From NCBI GenBank assembly GCA_963750165.1, contig CAVVPN010000012.1:1024001-1088000 (forward strand): DNA of 64,000 bases, given 5' to 3'. This document shows positions 20,665 through 29,300 of this stretch, in pieces; position 1 is the stretch's first letter; every line of letters starts with the position of its first letter. The notes beneath the pieces are model-generated. The model was not told the origin of the DNA, did no database searches, and saw nothing but the letters and a program-made list of their open reading frames with translations. The stretch is from an uncultured Gemmataceae bacterium. Its GTDB lineage: Bacteria; Planctomycetota; Planctomycetia; Gemmatales; Gemmataceae. The position numbers were made by a program, and so were the translations under genes.

Positions 20665-21639
20665 ATGGCCTTTAATCAACACCTGAAAACCTTCACCGGC
20701 CTGCCGGTAAAATGGTTCGACCCCAAAACGAAACGCAAGCCCGAGAAGCCCTGCGTCTATCACCTCGGCGGCTTCGACTACGTCAAGTCGGAATGCTCCG
20801 AGGGGGAGTACGAATTCGCTGAACTGCTCGACCTGTTCCTGGCCGCGCACGGCGGCAAGGATCTGACCGCCCTGGTCATCGGCGCCTGGAACGAGAGCGA
20901 CTCGCCGATGCTGGACGAGGGCGGGGCCGGCGACATGGTGGAGGCCCTGGTCGGCAATCGCCAGCGCATGCCCAACCTCCGCTCCCTGTTCGTCGGGGAC
21001 GTCACCTCGGAGGAGTGTGAGGTTTCCTGGATCGGCTACGGCGACCTGTCGGCGCTGCTACCGGCCTTCCCGAAGCTGGAGACGTTCGGCATCCGCGGCG
21101 CGGCCAACCTGTCCTTCGGCAAGATCAAGCACGGTAACCTGCGCTCGTTCACCGTCGAGAGCGGCGGCCTTCCCGAGCCGCTGTTGCGGGCACTGTGGAA
21201 AGCGGAGTTGCCGAAACTGGAGCACCTGGAACTGTGGCTGGGCTCGCCAAACTACGAGGGCATCGACACGCCCGACCCCCTCAAGCCGCTGCTCTCGGGC
21301 AAGCTGTTCAAGAAGCTGAAATACCTCGGCCTGCGCAACAGTGAGATTGCCGACCTGGTGGCGAAGGCCGTCGCTGAGTCTCCCCTGCTGGAACGGCTGC
21401 ACACCCTGGACCTGTCCCTCGGCAGTCTCACGGAGGCCGGTGCCGAGGCCCTGATCGTCAGCCCGCGCCTGCGCAAGTTGAAGAAACTCGACCTGCACCA
21501 CCACTACATCTCGCCGCCGTTCGTCGAGTACCTGAAAAAGCTGCCGCTCGACGTGGACCTGAGTGAGACGCGCAAACCCGACATCAGCACCTACGGCGAC
21601 ACCACCTATGTCGATCGCTACATCGCCGTCGATGAGTGA
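20665..21639 (+). CDS. STM4015-family LRR protein, paralogue C
   Basis: Closely similar to paralogue B; ends RYIAVDE; same GGAGGACACATG start context. Confidence 0.8.
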   Translation: MAFNQHLKTFTGLPVKWFDPKTKRKPEKPCVYHLGGFDYVKSECSEGEYEFAELLDLFLAAHGGKDLTALVIGAWNESDSPMLDEGGAGDMVEALVGNRQRMPNLRSLFVGDVTSEECEVSWIGYGDLSALLPAFPKLETFGIRGAANLSFGKIKHGNLRSFTVESGGLPEPLLRALWKAELPKLEHLELWLGSPNYEGIDTPDPLKPLLSGKLFKKLKYLGLRNSEIADLVAKAVAESPLLERLHTLDLSLGSLTEAGAEALIVSPRLRKLKKLDLHHHYISPPFVEYLKKLPLDVDLSETRKPDISTYGDTTYVDRYIAVDE

Positions 21640-22798
21640 CGGTCGTCTGGTCGTCATCGGCCATCCCGGACACAAGCGCGTCACGCTGTTCCAGGAAGCG
21701 CTGTCCCGCCGTGGACTGCCGCCGGCGTTCGTCGTCGCCTGGCGCGACCTGCTCACCGGGCAGGCGGACCTGCGGCAGGTGGTCGGAGATGGAGCCTGGG
21801 TGCGGATCGAGTCGCCCGGCCAGGACTTCGAAGTGGAGCGGTTGCTACTGGCCGCCGGAGCCGCGACAGCGGAGACGGAGGACACAGACGCCGCATTCCT
21901 CCCGGCCGATGCGGCCCTGCGGCTGACGCCCGACCGTGGCCGCCTGCGCTGTCCGCGGCAATGGTATCGCGGCTTCCGTGCCGTGCTGCGGCGCCTGTCC
22001 CGGGAACTGGGCGGACACTCCGGCGTCCGCTGGCTGAGTCATCCGGAGGACATCATCACGCTGTTCGACAAGCGTCGCTGCCAGGAGCGCTTCGCCGAGG
22101 CGGGCCTGCCGGTGCCGGCGCGGTTGGGCGCGGTACGATCCTTCGCTGCACTACTGGCCCGGATGGAGGAGACGGGATTGCGGCGGCTGTTCGTCAAGCT
22201 GGCGTGTGGCTCGTCGGCGTCGGGAGTGGTCGCGTTCCGCACCGGCGCCGGGCGGATGCAGGCGATCACCACGGTGGAACTGGTGCAGCACGACGGCGAG
22301 CTGCGCCTGTACAACACGCGGCGCATCCGCACTTACGAGTCCGCCGCCGACATCGTTCCCCTGATCGACACACTTTGCCGCGAGGGTGTGCAGGTGGAAG
22401 AATGGATTCCGAAGGCGGCCTTCGAGGGACAGACCTTTGACCTGCGTGTCCTGGTCATCGGCGGCACCGTCCGTCATGTCGTGCCGCGACTGAGCCGGCA
22501 CCCGATGACGAACCTGCACCTGCTCAACCGTCGCGGCGACCCGTCCCGGCTGCGCGAGCAGATCCCCACGGAGCACTGGGAGGCGGCCCTGGAGACGTGC
22601 CGCCGCGCCGCCGCCGTGTTCCCTGGATGTCTGCACGTCGGCGTCGATCTGCTGTTCACGCCCAGTTTCCGACGGCACGCGCTTCTGGAGGCCAACGCCT
22701 TCGGCGACCTGCTGCCGGGTATCGTCTGTGATGGGTTGAGCACGCACGACGCGGAGCTGGCGGCCCTGTTTGTTGGGGAGAAGTTGGACATCAATTGA
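21632..22798 (+). CDS. STM4014-family ATP-grasp ligase
   Basis: RIESPG, FDK, FVKLACGSSASGV, VEEWIPK, FDLRV, MTNLHL, GVD, LLEANAFGD; start overlaps the paralogue C stop. Confidence 0.8.
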   Translation: MSDGRLVVIGHPGHKRVTLFQEALSRRGLPPAFVVAWRDLLTGQADLRQVVGDGAWVRIESPGQDFEVERLLLAAGAATAETEDTDAAFLPADAALRLTPDRGRLRCPRQWYRGFRAVLRRLSRELGGHSGVRWLSHPEDIITLFDKRRCQERFAEAGLPVPARLGAVRSFAALLARMEETGLRRLFVKLACGSSASGVVAFRTGAGRMQAITTVELVQHDGELRLYNTRRIRTYESAADIVPLIDTLCREGVQVEEWIPKAAFEGQTFDLRVLVIGGTVRHVVPRLSRHPMTNLHLLNRRGDPSRLREQIPTEHWEAALETCRRAAAVFPGCLHVGVDLLFTPSFRRHALLEANAFGDLLPGIVCDGLSTHDAELAALFVGEKLDIN

Positions 22799-22857
22799 CC
22801 CCGTTTACGTTTCGCGCGGACTCTGCCCGCGCGAAACGTAACCAGGGCGCGAGCGCT

Positions 22858-23931
22858 TCAAGTCTCGATGAGCGGACGATAGTCGTCGGGGTCGTCGATG
22901 CCAGCCGTCCACGCCGCGGCCTGGCGGCAGGACCGCAGGGCCGGCGGCACGCGCAGGGCGTACTGGCGGCCCGTGGAAGGACACGACACCGAGAGGCAGA
23001 CCAGTGGCTCGTCTCCCGGCAAGGGGACGAGCAACAGTCGGCGCTCGCCGCCCGGGTCGCGGTCCTGGTCGAGCACCTCGGCGTTGACGTGCTGGAAGAA
23101 CCACTCGAAGCCGACGCGCTCCAGCATGACACGGCGCACCTCGGCGTTGGGCTCGGACAGGATCTCGTCGCTGCTGAGCGTCTCGGGCTTGAAGGCGACG
23201 CGCTCGCTCACGGCGACGCCGCGCCAGCGCAGTGGCACATCTCGGAGCGACCGCGGCAGCCGGGTGAGGCCGCTGCCGCCGACCTCGATCCAGGAGGTGG
23301 TGGTCAGGTTGCCCGGCAGCTCGGTGATGCCAGCACAGTCGCGCAGGTCGAGTTGAGCAACCTGGCGGACACCGGGCGGTAGTCGGGTGAAGCTGGTGCC
23401 CGACAGGTTCAGGTGGCCATGCCGCACCGACACATCTTTCGGCCAGCGCCGCAGCCCCCGGCAACCTTGCAGGTCCAGGAAACAGACGGCCAGCCCCTCG
23501 GGCAACTCCTCCAGGGCCGTGCAGCCGCTCAGCACCACCGAACCGACGCGCAGGTTCGCCGGCAGCCGGACCAGGTGCCGGGAGTCGCGCAGGTCGAGGC
23601 GGAACTCCACACGCAGACCGTCGGGCAGGCTGACGAGGCCGGACTCCGGGGCGGTGATCTCGTAGCAGCGCAGTCCCGCCGGCAGTGTGCTCAGACGGGG
23701 ACAGTTGCGGATTTCCAGGTGCCGGACCTGGAGCCCACGCGGCAGCGCCTTCAGGTCGGGGCAGTCGAGCAAGCGCAGCCGCCGAACCTTCAACCCGGTG
23801 GGCAAGCTCAACCCCTCGACGCCCTGGAACTCCAGGTAGCCCTCAACCTCAACGCCGTCGGGAGCGGTGCCGGCGAGGATGCGTTCGTGTGCCTCGGCGG
23901 CGGTCATCGTGCGGTTCACGGTGGCGGACAT
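22858..23931 (-). CDS. LRR/beta-solenoid repeat protein with C-terminal DUF6745 domain
   Basis: About eight LxxLPxGLxV..LDL repeats, then WRGV, NAEVRRVMLE, CPSTGRQYALRVPP, AAAWT, YRPLIET; RBS CAGGAGG before the ATG at 23931. Confidence 0.75.
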   Translation of the reverse strand: MSATVNRTMTAAEAHERILAGTAPDGVEVEGYLEFQGVEGLSLPTGLKVRRLRLLDCPDLKALPRGLQVRHLEIRNCPRLSTLPAGLRCYEITAPESGLVSLPDGLRVEFRLDLRDSRHLVRLPANLRVGSVVLSGCTALEELPEGLAVCFLDLQGCRGLRRWPKDVSVRHGHLNLSGTSFTRLPPGVRQVAQLDLRDCAGITELPGNLTTTSWIEVGGSGLTRLPRSLRDVPLRWRGVAVSERVAFKPETLSSDEILSEPNAEVRRVMLERVGFEWFFQHVNAEVLDQDRDPGGERRLLLVPLPGDEPLVCLSVSCPSTGRQYALRVPPALRSCRQAAAWTAGIDDPDDYRPLIET

Positions 23932-23951
23932 GGCGGCCTCCTGGTTCGGGG

Positions 23952-24248
23952 TCAATCGCGGACGGTGCGGATCGCTTCGGGACTGTATTCGCGCTGCTGC
24001 CAGACCCGGTAGGTGCCGCGCCGCAGCGTGATCGGGCCGTGCTCCTCGTGGGCGACCGTCGCCAGCGTGGCGGTCACTTCCAGGTAGAGCGAACCGGCGT
24101 GGGCGAACATCCGGGCGGCGCCGGTTTCCTTGATGCGGTGGCTATGGCCGGTCACCTCGCCCTCGGCCAGCACGCAGTGCGGCCGGGGTTGCGCCGCGGC
24201 GGGGATGGATGGAACGGCGGCGATGAAGACGTCTCCCTGGCGCCACAT
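23952..24248 (-). CDS. Small His-rich 'RQGDV' protein (DUF6745 partner)
   Basis: MWRQGDV, LAEGEVTGHSHRI, HEEH, GTYRVWQQREY; directly upstream of the DUF6745 gene. Confidence 0.75.
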   Translation of the reverse strand: MWRQGDVFIAAVPSIPAAAQPRPHCVLAEGEVTGHSHRIKETGAARMFAHAGSLYLEVTATLATVAHEEHGPITLRRGTYRVWQQREYSPEAIRTVRD

Positions 24249-24445
24249 GAGAAAGTCCCTCCGTTTGGTATGGGGAAGTAGGTGGGATTCACCACACATC
24301 ACACCCGAAGTGTAACCGGTGGCAAGACCGATCCCAGGTCAGTAGCGGGCGTGCCTGCGCTGGGCCGCGACACTCCTCCCCTTGCGCCTAGAAAAAGCAG
24401 CATCATTCGCTCGAAGTGACTGACCGGATGGCGTGAGGTGAACCG

Positions 24446-24700
24446 ATGGGCCTGTTCGATTTTTTGTTCGGGCGCCGTGGCGGTGGCGGCGACGGCTCCA
24501 GCCCAGAGAAGGCGGTCGTCGTCGGCAGTGTGGCCGAGGAGTATCGGTGGATGCAGCGCCACCACCCCGGGTTCCAGCCGGGCATGCAGGCGCTGTCACA
24601 CATCGACGGCAAGCCCTATGACGTGCTCACCTGGCGGAACGAGCGCGGGGAGGAGCGGACGGTGTACTTCGACATCTCGCAGTTCTTCGGCCGATTCTAG
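24446..24700 (+). CDS. Small conserved-looking hypothetical protein (84 aa)
   Basis: GGDGSS..AVV, EEY.W, YDVL and YFDISQFFG look like a compact domain; GAGG RBS. Confidence 0.65.
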   Translation: MGLFDFLFGRRGGGGDGSSPEKAVVVGSVAEEYRWMQRHHPGFQPGMQALSHIDGKPYDVLTWRNERGEERTVYFDISQFFGRF

Positions 24701-24718
24701 CGCGGCTGGCCTTGGGGT

Positions 24719-24813
24719 GTAGCGGAAGTCGCCAGACTTCCGTGCGGCGCTGCCCGGAAGTCTGGCGACTTCCGCTACCCCAACCTGCCCGGAAGTCTGG
24801 CGACTTCCGCTAC
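24719..24813. repeat. GTAG-type REP cluster (3 copies of GTAGCGGAAGTCGCCAGACTTCCG)
   Basis: One forward copy (24719-24742) and two reverse copies (24755-24778, 24790-24813), all identical; GTAG plus a hairpin. Confidence 0.85.
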
Positions 24814-24904
24814 CCCAAGCCGAATAAAAAGCCGCTGGCACCGGCTCCATCGGTTTGGTTAGAATGTTGCAATCCTACCCGCAGCGTTGTGGACGGAGAG
24901 CCGC

Positions 24905-26095
24905 ATGACGATGCCATTGCGATTGCCCACCTCGGCCCGCGTCCGCCGGTCGTCGGTGTTTTATCGGCCGCAGGTGGAGCACCTGGAAAGCCGCCTCGTT
25001 CCCGCCGACCTCCCCTTTGCCCTCGCCCTGCTGACGGCGCCGCTGTCCACCGTGCCGGGCGACCGTGCGTCCATCTACAGCCCGATCGCAACGACCGCCT
25101 TCAGCCTGGATGCCTTGACAACACCCCCGGCGGGTGTCGAATATGCGTCAGGCGCGCTCGAGAGTATTCAGTACAGTTTCACGGTCCACATCCTGTCCAC
25201 CTCGTCAGTCACGGAATCCAGTCCAGCGTCCAACGACGCCGCCACGGTCCCCGAGACCACGTCCCTCAAGATCACGATCAGCAGTTCCCCGCCCCCGGCG
25301 AGTAACGTTCCCTCGGAGGGAGGCGTACCGCAGGGATCGGTCGTGACGGTCACCGTCACCCCGGTCGCTCATCCGGAGACGCCTGCGGAGAGGAACGACG
25401 CCGCGCCGCAGGTGCTCACAGTCCTCGCCATCCCGGGCCGCTCCCTCGCCGTCCAGGCGCAGGTCGTGGCCCTGAGCGTCCCGGCCTCGCCGCCCCCGCC
25501 GGGTGTGGGCGGCTTCTTCGCGCCGACCCCGGGAACGCCTGCGCCAGTCACCGAACTGACCTTGATCGTCAGCAGCTCGACACAGGGGCCGGGCCCCGCG
25601 CAACCGGACGGCAACCTCGCCTCGCCCTCGTCCGCCGGCCAACCCGCGCCGATCACCGCACTCGCGCCGGTCAACTCAGCCGACGAGTTGCTCGCGGCGG
25701 ACGGTGGCACCGCGAAACCAGTGGAGTACCAGTTCCAGGTCACCGCGGTCCAGGGGAGCACGACCGCACTGTGGCCTGGCCCGCTGTCGCTGTCGAGCCC
25801 GACCGACCCGTCCGACCTCGGGAATGGGCAGGGCTCCCGCTCCGCCGGCGACAGGGATACCGGCCTGGCCCAGACCGCCGCTCAGCGCAAGGCGCTGGCC
25901 CTGGGGCTGCGCTACCTCTACCCGGACCTGACGGACGACGAAATTGCCCAGGCCGCCGGCGTCAGCCGCAGGACCCTGTTTCGCTGGGATGAGTACATGA
26001 CGCTCAAAAAGGCGCAACGGGAACTGTACAAACGACCCCGCGGCTACAAGGATCGGGACGGCAATCTCGAAGCCTGGGAGGAAGAAGACGAGTAG
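24905..26095 (+). CDS. Protein with planctomycete extracellular N-terminal motif, low-complexity linker and C-terminal HTH
   Basis: RPQVEHLESRLVP at the N-terminus; LTDDEIAQAAGVSRRTLFRW near the C-terminus. Confidence 0.65.
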   Translation: MTMPLRLPTSARVRRSSVFYRPQVEHLESRLVPADLPFALALLTAPLSTVPGDRASIYSPIATTAFSLDALTTPPAGVEYASGALESIQYSFTVHILSTSSVTESSPASNDAATVPETTSLKITISSSPPPASNVPSEGGVPQGSVVTVTVTPVAHPETPAERNDAAPQVLTVLAIPGRSLAVQAQVVALSVPASPPPPGVGGFFAPTPGTPAPVTELTLIVSSSTQGPGPAQPDGNLASPSSAGQPAPITALAPVNSADELLAADGGTAKPVEYQFQVTAVQGSTTALWPGPLSLSSPTDPSDLGNGQGSRSAGDRDTGLAQTAAQRKALALGLRYLYPDLTDDEIAQAAGVSRRTLFRWDEYMTLKKAQRELYKRPRGYKDRDGNLEAWEEEDE

Positions 26096-26209
26096 GGCGC
26101 CCCGCCCCCACCTCCCCTGCCGCCCCCTTGTCACAATGTCCTACCTCGAAAATAATTTTATCCCTTGCGGTCACAACCGTTTGAGGATATGAGTTGGCGA
26201 TCGACCGGC

Positions 26210-26228
26210 CACAATCGATCCGATTGTG
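26210..26228. promoter_or_regulatory. Candidate operator palindrome CACAATCG-atc-CGATTGTG
   Basis: Perfect 8-bp inverted repeat in the intergenic region downstream of the HTH gene. Confidence 0.35.
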
Positions 26229-26338
26229 TAGAAGGTGTGCCGCGGGTGGGCACGCCTGTACCGGGGCGGCGCCGAACTCGCGAGAACGGGGGCCGCTGCG
26301 GTCATCGAACTTACCTTTTTCACACTCCCAGGTGCTTC

Positions 26339-29300
26339 ATGATTCAATCGTGGACAAACCACGAGCGCGCTTCCTGGCGGCGCGATCGAGGCGGCCGTCG
26401 GCACACGACCGGGCAGCGCTGGCGCTATCGGCCGCGGGTGGAACTGCTGGAAGATCGGCGGCTGCTCAGCGCCGGGGCCATCGACCCGACCTTCGGCCAG
26501 AACGGCGTCACGGCCCCGGACGGCGGCGCGGCGTCGCGGGCGCTGGTCGTCGAGGCGGACGGCAAGATTTTGCTGCTCGATCAGACCCAGACGGGTTACA
26601 ACCTGCTGCGCTACAACACGGACGGTACGCCGGACACCACCTTCGGCGACCAGGGTGCGGTCACGGGTACCTTCGGCGCCGGCACCGCCGTGTTCAGCCT
26701 GGGAGTGCGCGCCGACGGCCGCATCGTGGTCGCCGGAGCGGCCGACTCCAGCCTGGACGAGGCCCACTTCAACCCCGACGGGACGGCCGACACCACGTTC
26801 GCGAACGGCGGAATGTCCGTATCCTTGCCGATGCCGAATATCACATTCAGCGACATGGCGGTGCAGAACAGCGGCGCGGTAGTCGCGGTCGGCGCCAGTG
26901 GTGACGACCTCGTCGTCGTCGAACTCGACGCCTCGGACGGCCAGCTGTGCCCGGGCTTCGGCGGTTGCGGCTCGGTCACGGTGGCGCTCGGCGCCGGCGC
27001 CCAGGCCGGCGGCGTCGCCTTTCAGAGCGACGGCAAGGTGGTGGTGAGCGGCTTCGGCGGCGGCCAGCTCTCGGTGTTACGCTACAACGCGGACGGCACC
27101 CCGGACACCACCTTCGCCACCGCCGGCGTCGCCACCGTCGCAGTGTCGGGGACGACGCCGCTGTCCTCACACGTCGCGGTGGACCCGACCACGGGCCAGG
27201 TCGCGGCGACCGCCGACACCTATGCCCTCATCGCGTCCCTTGACGGCCCGCCCCCGGAGGGCGGATACGGCAAGGAGTATTTCAACCTGTTCCGCTTCAA
27301 CGCCGACGGCAGCCCGAACACGGCGTTCGGCAATCAGGGCGAGGTCGTCACGTCCACCTCGGTCTGGATCGACGCGCCGAGCAACTTTTTCAGCCATGAC
27401 GTGGCCTTCGAGCAGGACGGCAAGCTGCTGGTGGCACAGCTGAGCGAGGGTTCGACGGATGTGCTGCGCTACGGCGCCGACGGTGCGCTGGACCTGACCT
27501 ACGGCAACGGCGGCGACGCCTCCGTGGGCCTCACCTGGGACTACACGCAGTTGCCGGCGCCGACGCACCCCCTGGCCCTGCAGGGCGACGGCGAGGTGGT
27601 CGTGGCGAGCGACACGTTCCTGAACGGGCAGGACGGCGCCTATTCCAACGGCGCGGTCGTGACGCGCCTGCAGACCGACAGCCACCTGCGCCCGCAGCAG
27701 TTCGGCTCGGAGGCGGCGTTCCGCGAGTACGTGATCGACCAGGCGGTGCAGCGCTACGCCTCGCTCCTGGCACAAACCTTCCCCAATTATTACTTCGCGT
27801 TCCCGCTCGCCACCGAAGCTGTCACGACCAGTCTCGCCACCGGGACGGTTGACGCGGTTGACGAGGCCAGTCCTACCTACTCCACCACCAACGTGCAGGT
27901 CAACGGCGTGGACGAGGGCGACACCGTCAAGACCGACGGCCAGTATCTGTACGTACTGTCCGGCGGCCAACTGGTCATCCTCACCGCCTGGCCGGCCAGC
28001 GCCCTGCAGACCCTGTCCGTGACGGCCCTGCAGGGCAGCCCACAGGCCGAGTTCCTGGACGGCGACCGCCTCACGGTCATCACGCAGGATTATGTGAGCG
28101 ATCCGTCTTCTCCGCCCCCGGGCGTTGTCACCCCCAGCGCGATTGTTGCCGGGAACTTGATCCCTTACTGGGGCTACCCGTCGCAGCCAGTCGTGCGGGT
28201 GACGGTGTTCGACGTGTCCGATCCGTCCGCGCCGGCGGTCATGCAGCAGACCACTCTCGACGGCACCTACAACACTTCACGGGCCATCGGCGACACCGTC
28301 TACGTGGCCCTCAGCAATGAGTTGACCAGCGTGCCGGCGCCCACCTACCAACTGGTCGGCAACAATTCCGTTTACGAAACCGAGGTGGACTACCGCGCCC
28401 AGCTGGAGGCGCTGCCGCTGAACCAGTTGTTGCCCACCTACACGACGCATTACACCGACGCGGCTGGCGACCACGACCTCAGCGGCCTGCTCACGGACCC
28501 GGCGGACCTCTATCAGCCGGCGGTGCCGGACGATAACACCCTGATGTCGCTGGTGTCCTTCGATGTCAGCGGCGCCGTTGCCGGGCCCACACACTCGGTC
28601 AGTCTGCTGACCTCCTACGATGCGACCCTGTTCGCCGCGACGGACAACTTCTACCTGATTTCCAGTCGTTGGTCCTACGTCAGCAACTGGACGTTCATCG
28701 ACCAGCTGAGCCTGGCGGGCGGCGACATCACGCTGACCGCCACCGGTCGGGTGCCCGGCTCCATCCTGAACTCGTACTCGGCGGGCGAGAACGGCAACGA
28801 TTTCTACATCGCCACCACCACGGGTTGGTGGAATAACTCGAGTAACAACCTCTACGTCCTGACCGCGAACGGCGCCAGTCTCGATGTGGTTGGCAAGCTG
28901 GAGGGCCTGGCCCCCGATGACTCGATTTACGCCGTCCGCTTCCTGGGCGACCGCGCCTTCGTGTCCACCTACGAAAACACGGACCCACTGTTCGCCGTGG
29001 ACCTGTCCGACCCAACCCATCCCGTCGTGGCCGGTACGCTCGAAGTGTCCGGCTACACCGGCTACCTGCAAGCGCTGGACGCCACGCACCTGATCGGCAT
29101 CGGCCGGGATTCGGATCCGGTCACGGGCGAAACCACGGACATCACAGTGTCGCTGTTCGACGTGTCGGACCTGAACAACCCCATCCTGGTCAGCCGCTAC
29201 CACGTCGCGCCACAGGGCTGGTCCTGGTCGGCCGCCGAGTACGACTTCCACGCGATCACCTGGTATCCGGAACTCCAGGCCCTGGCCCTGCCCATCTCCA

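Noticed and set aside
24719..24813. Possible mini CRISPR array
   Set aside because: Repeats are in mixed orientation with 11-12 nt gaps, and there are no cas genes; fits a REP cluster.
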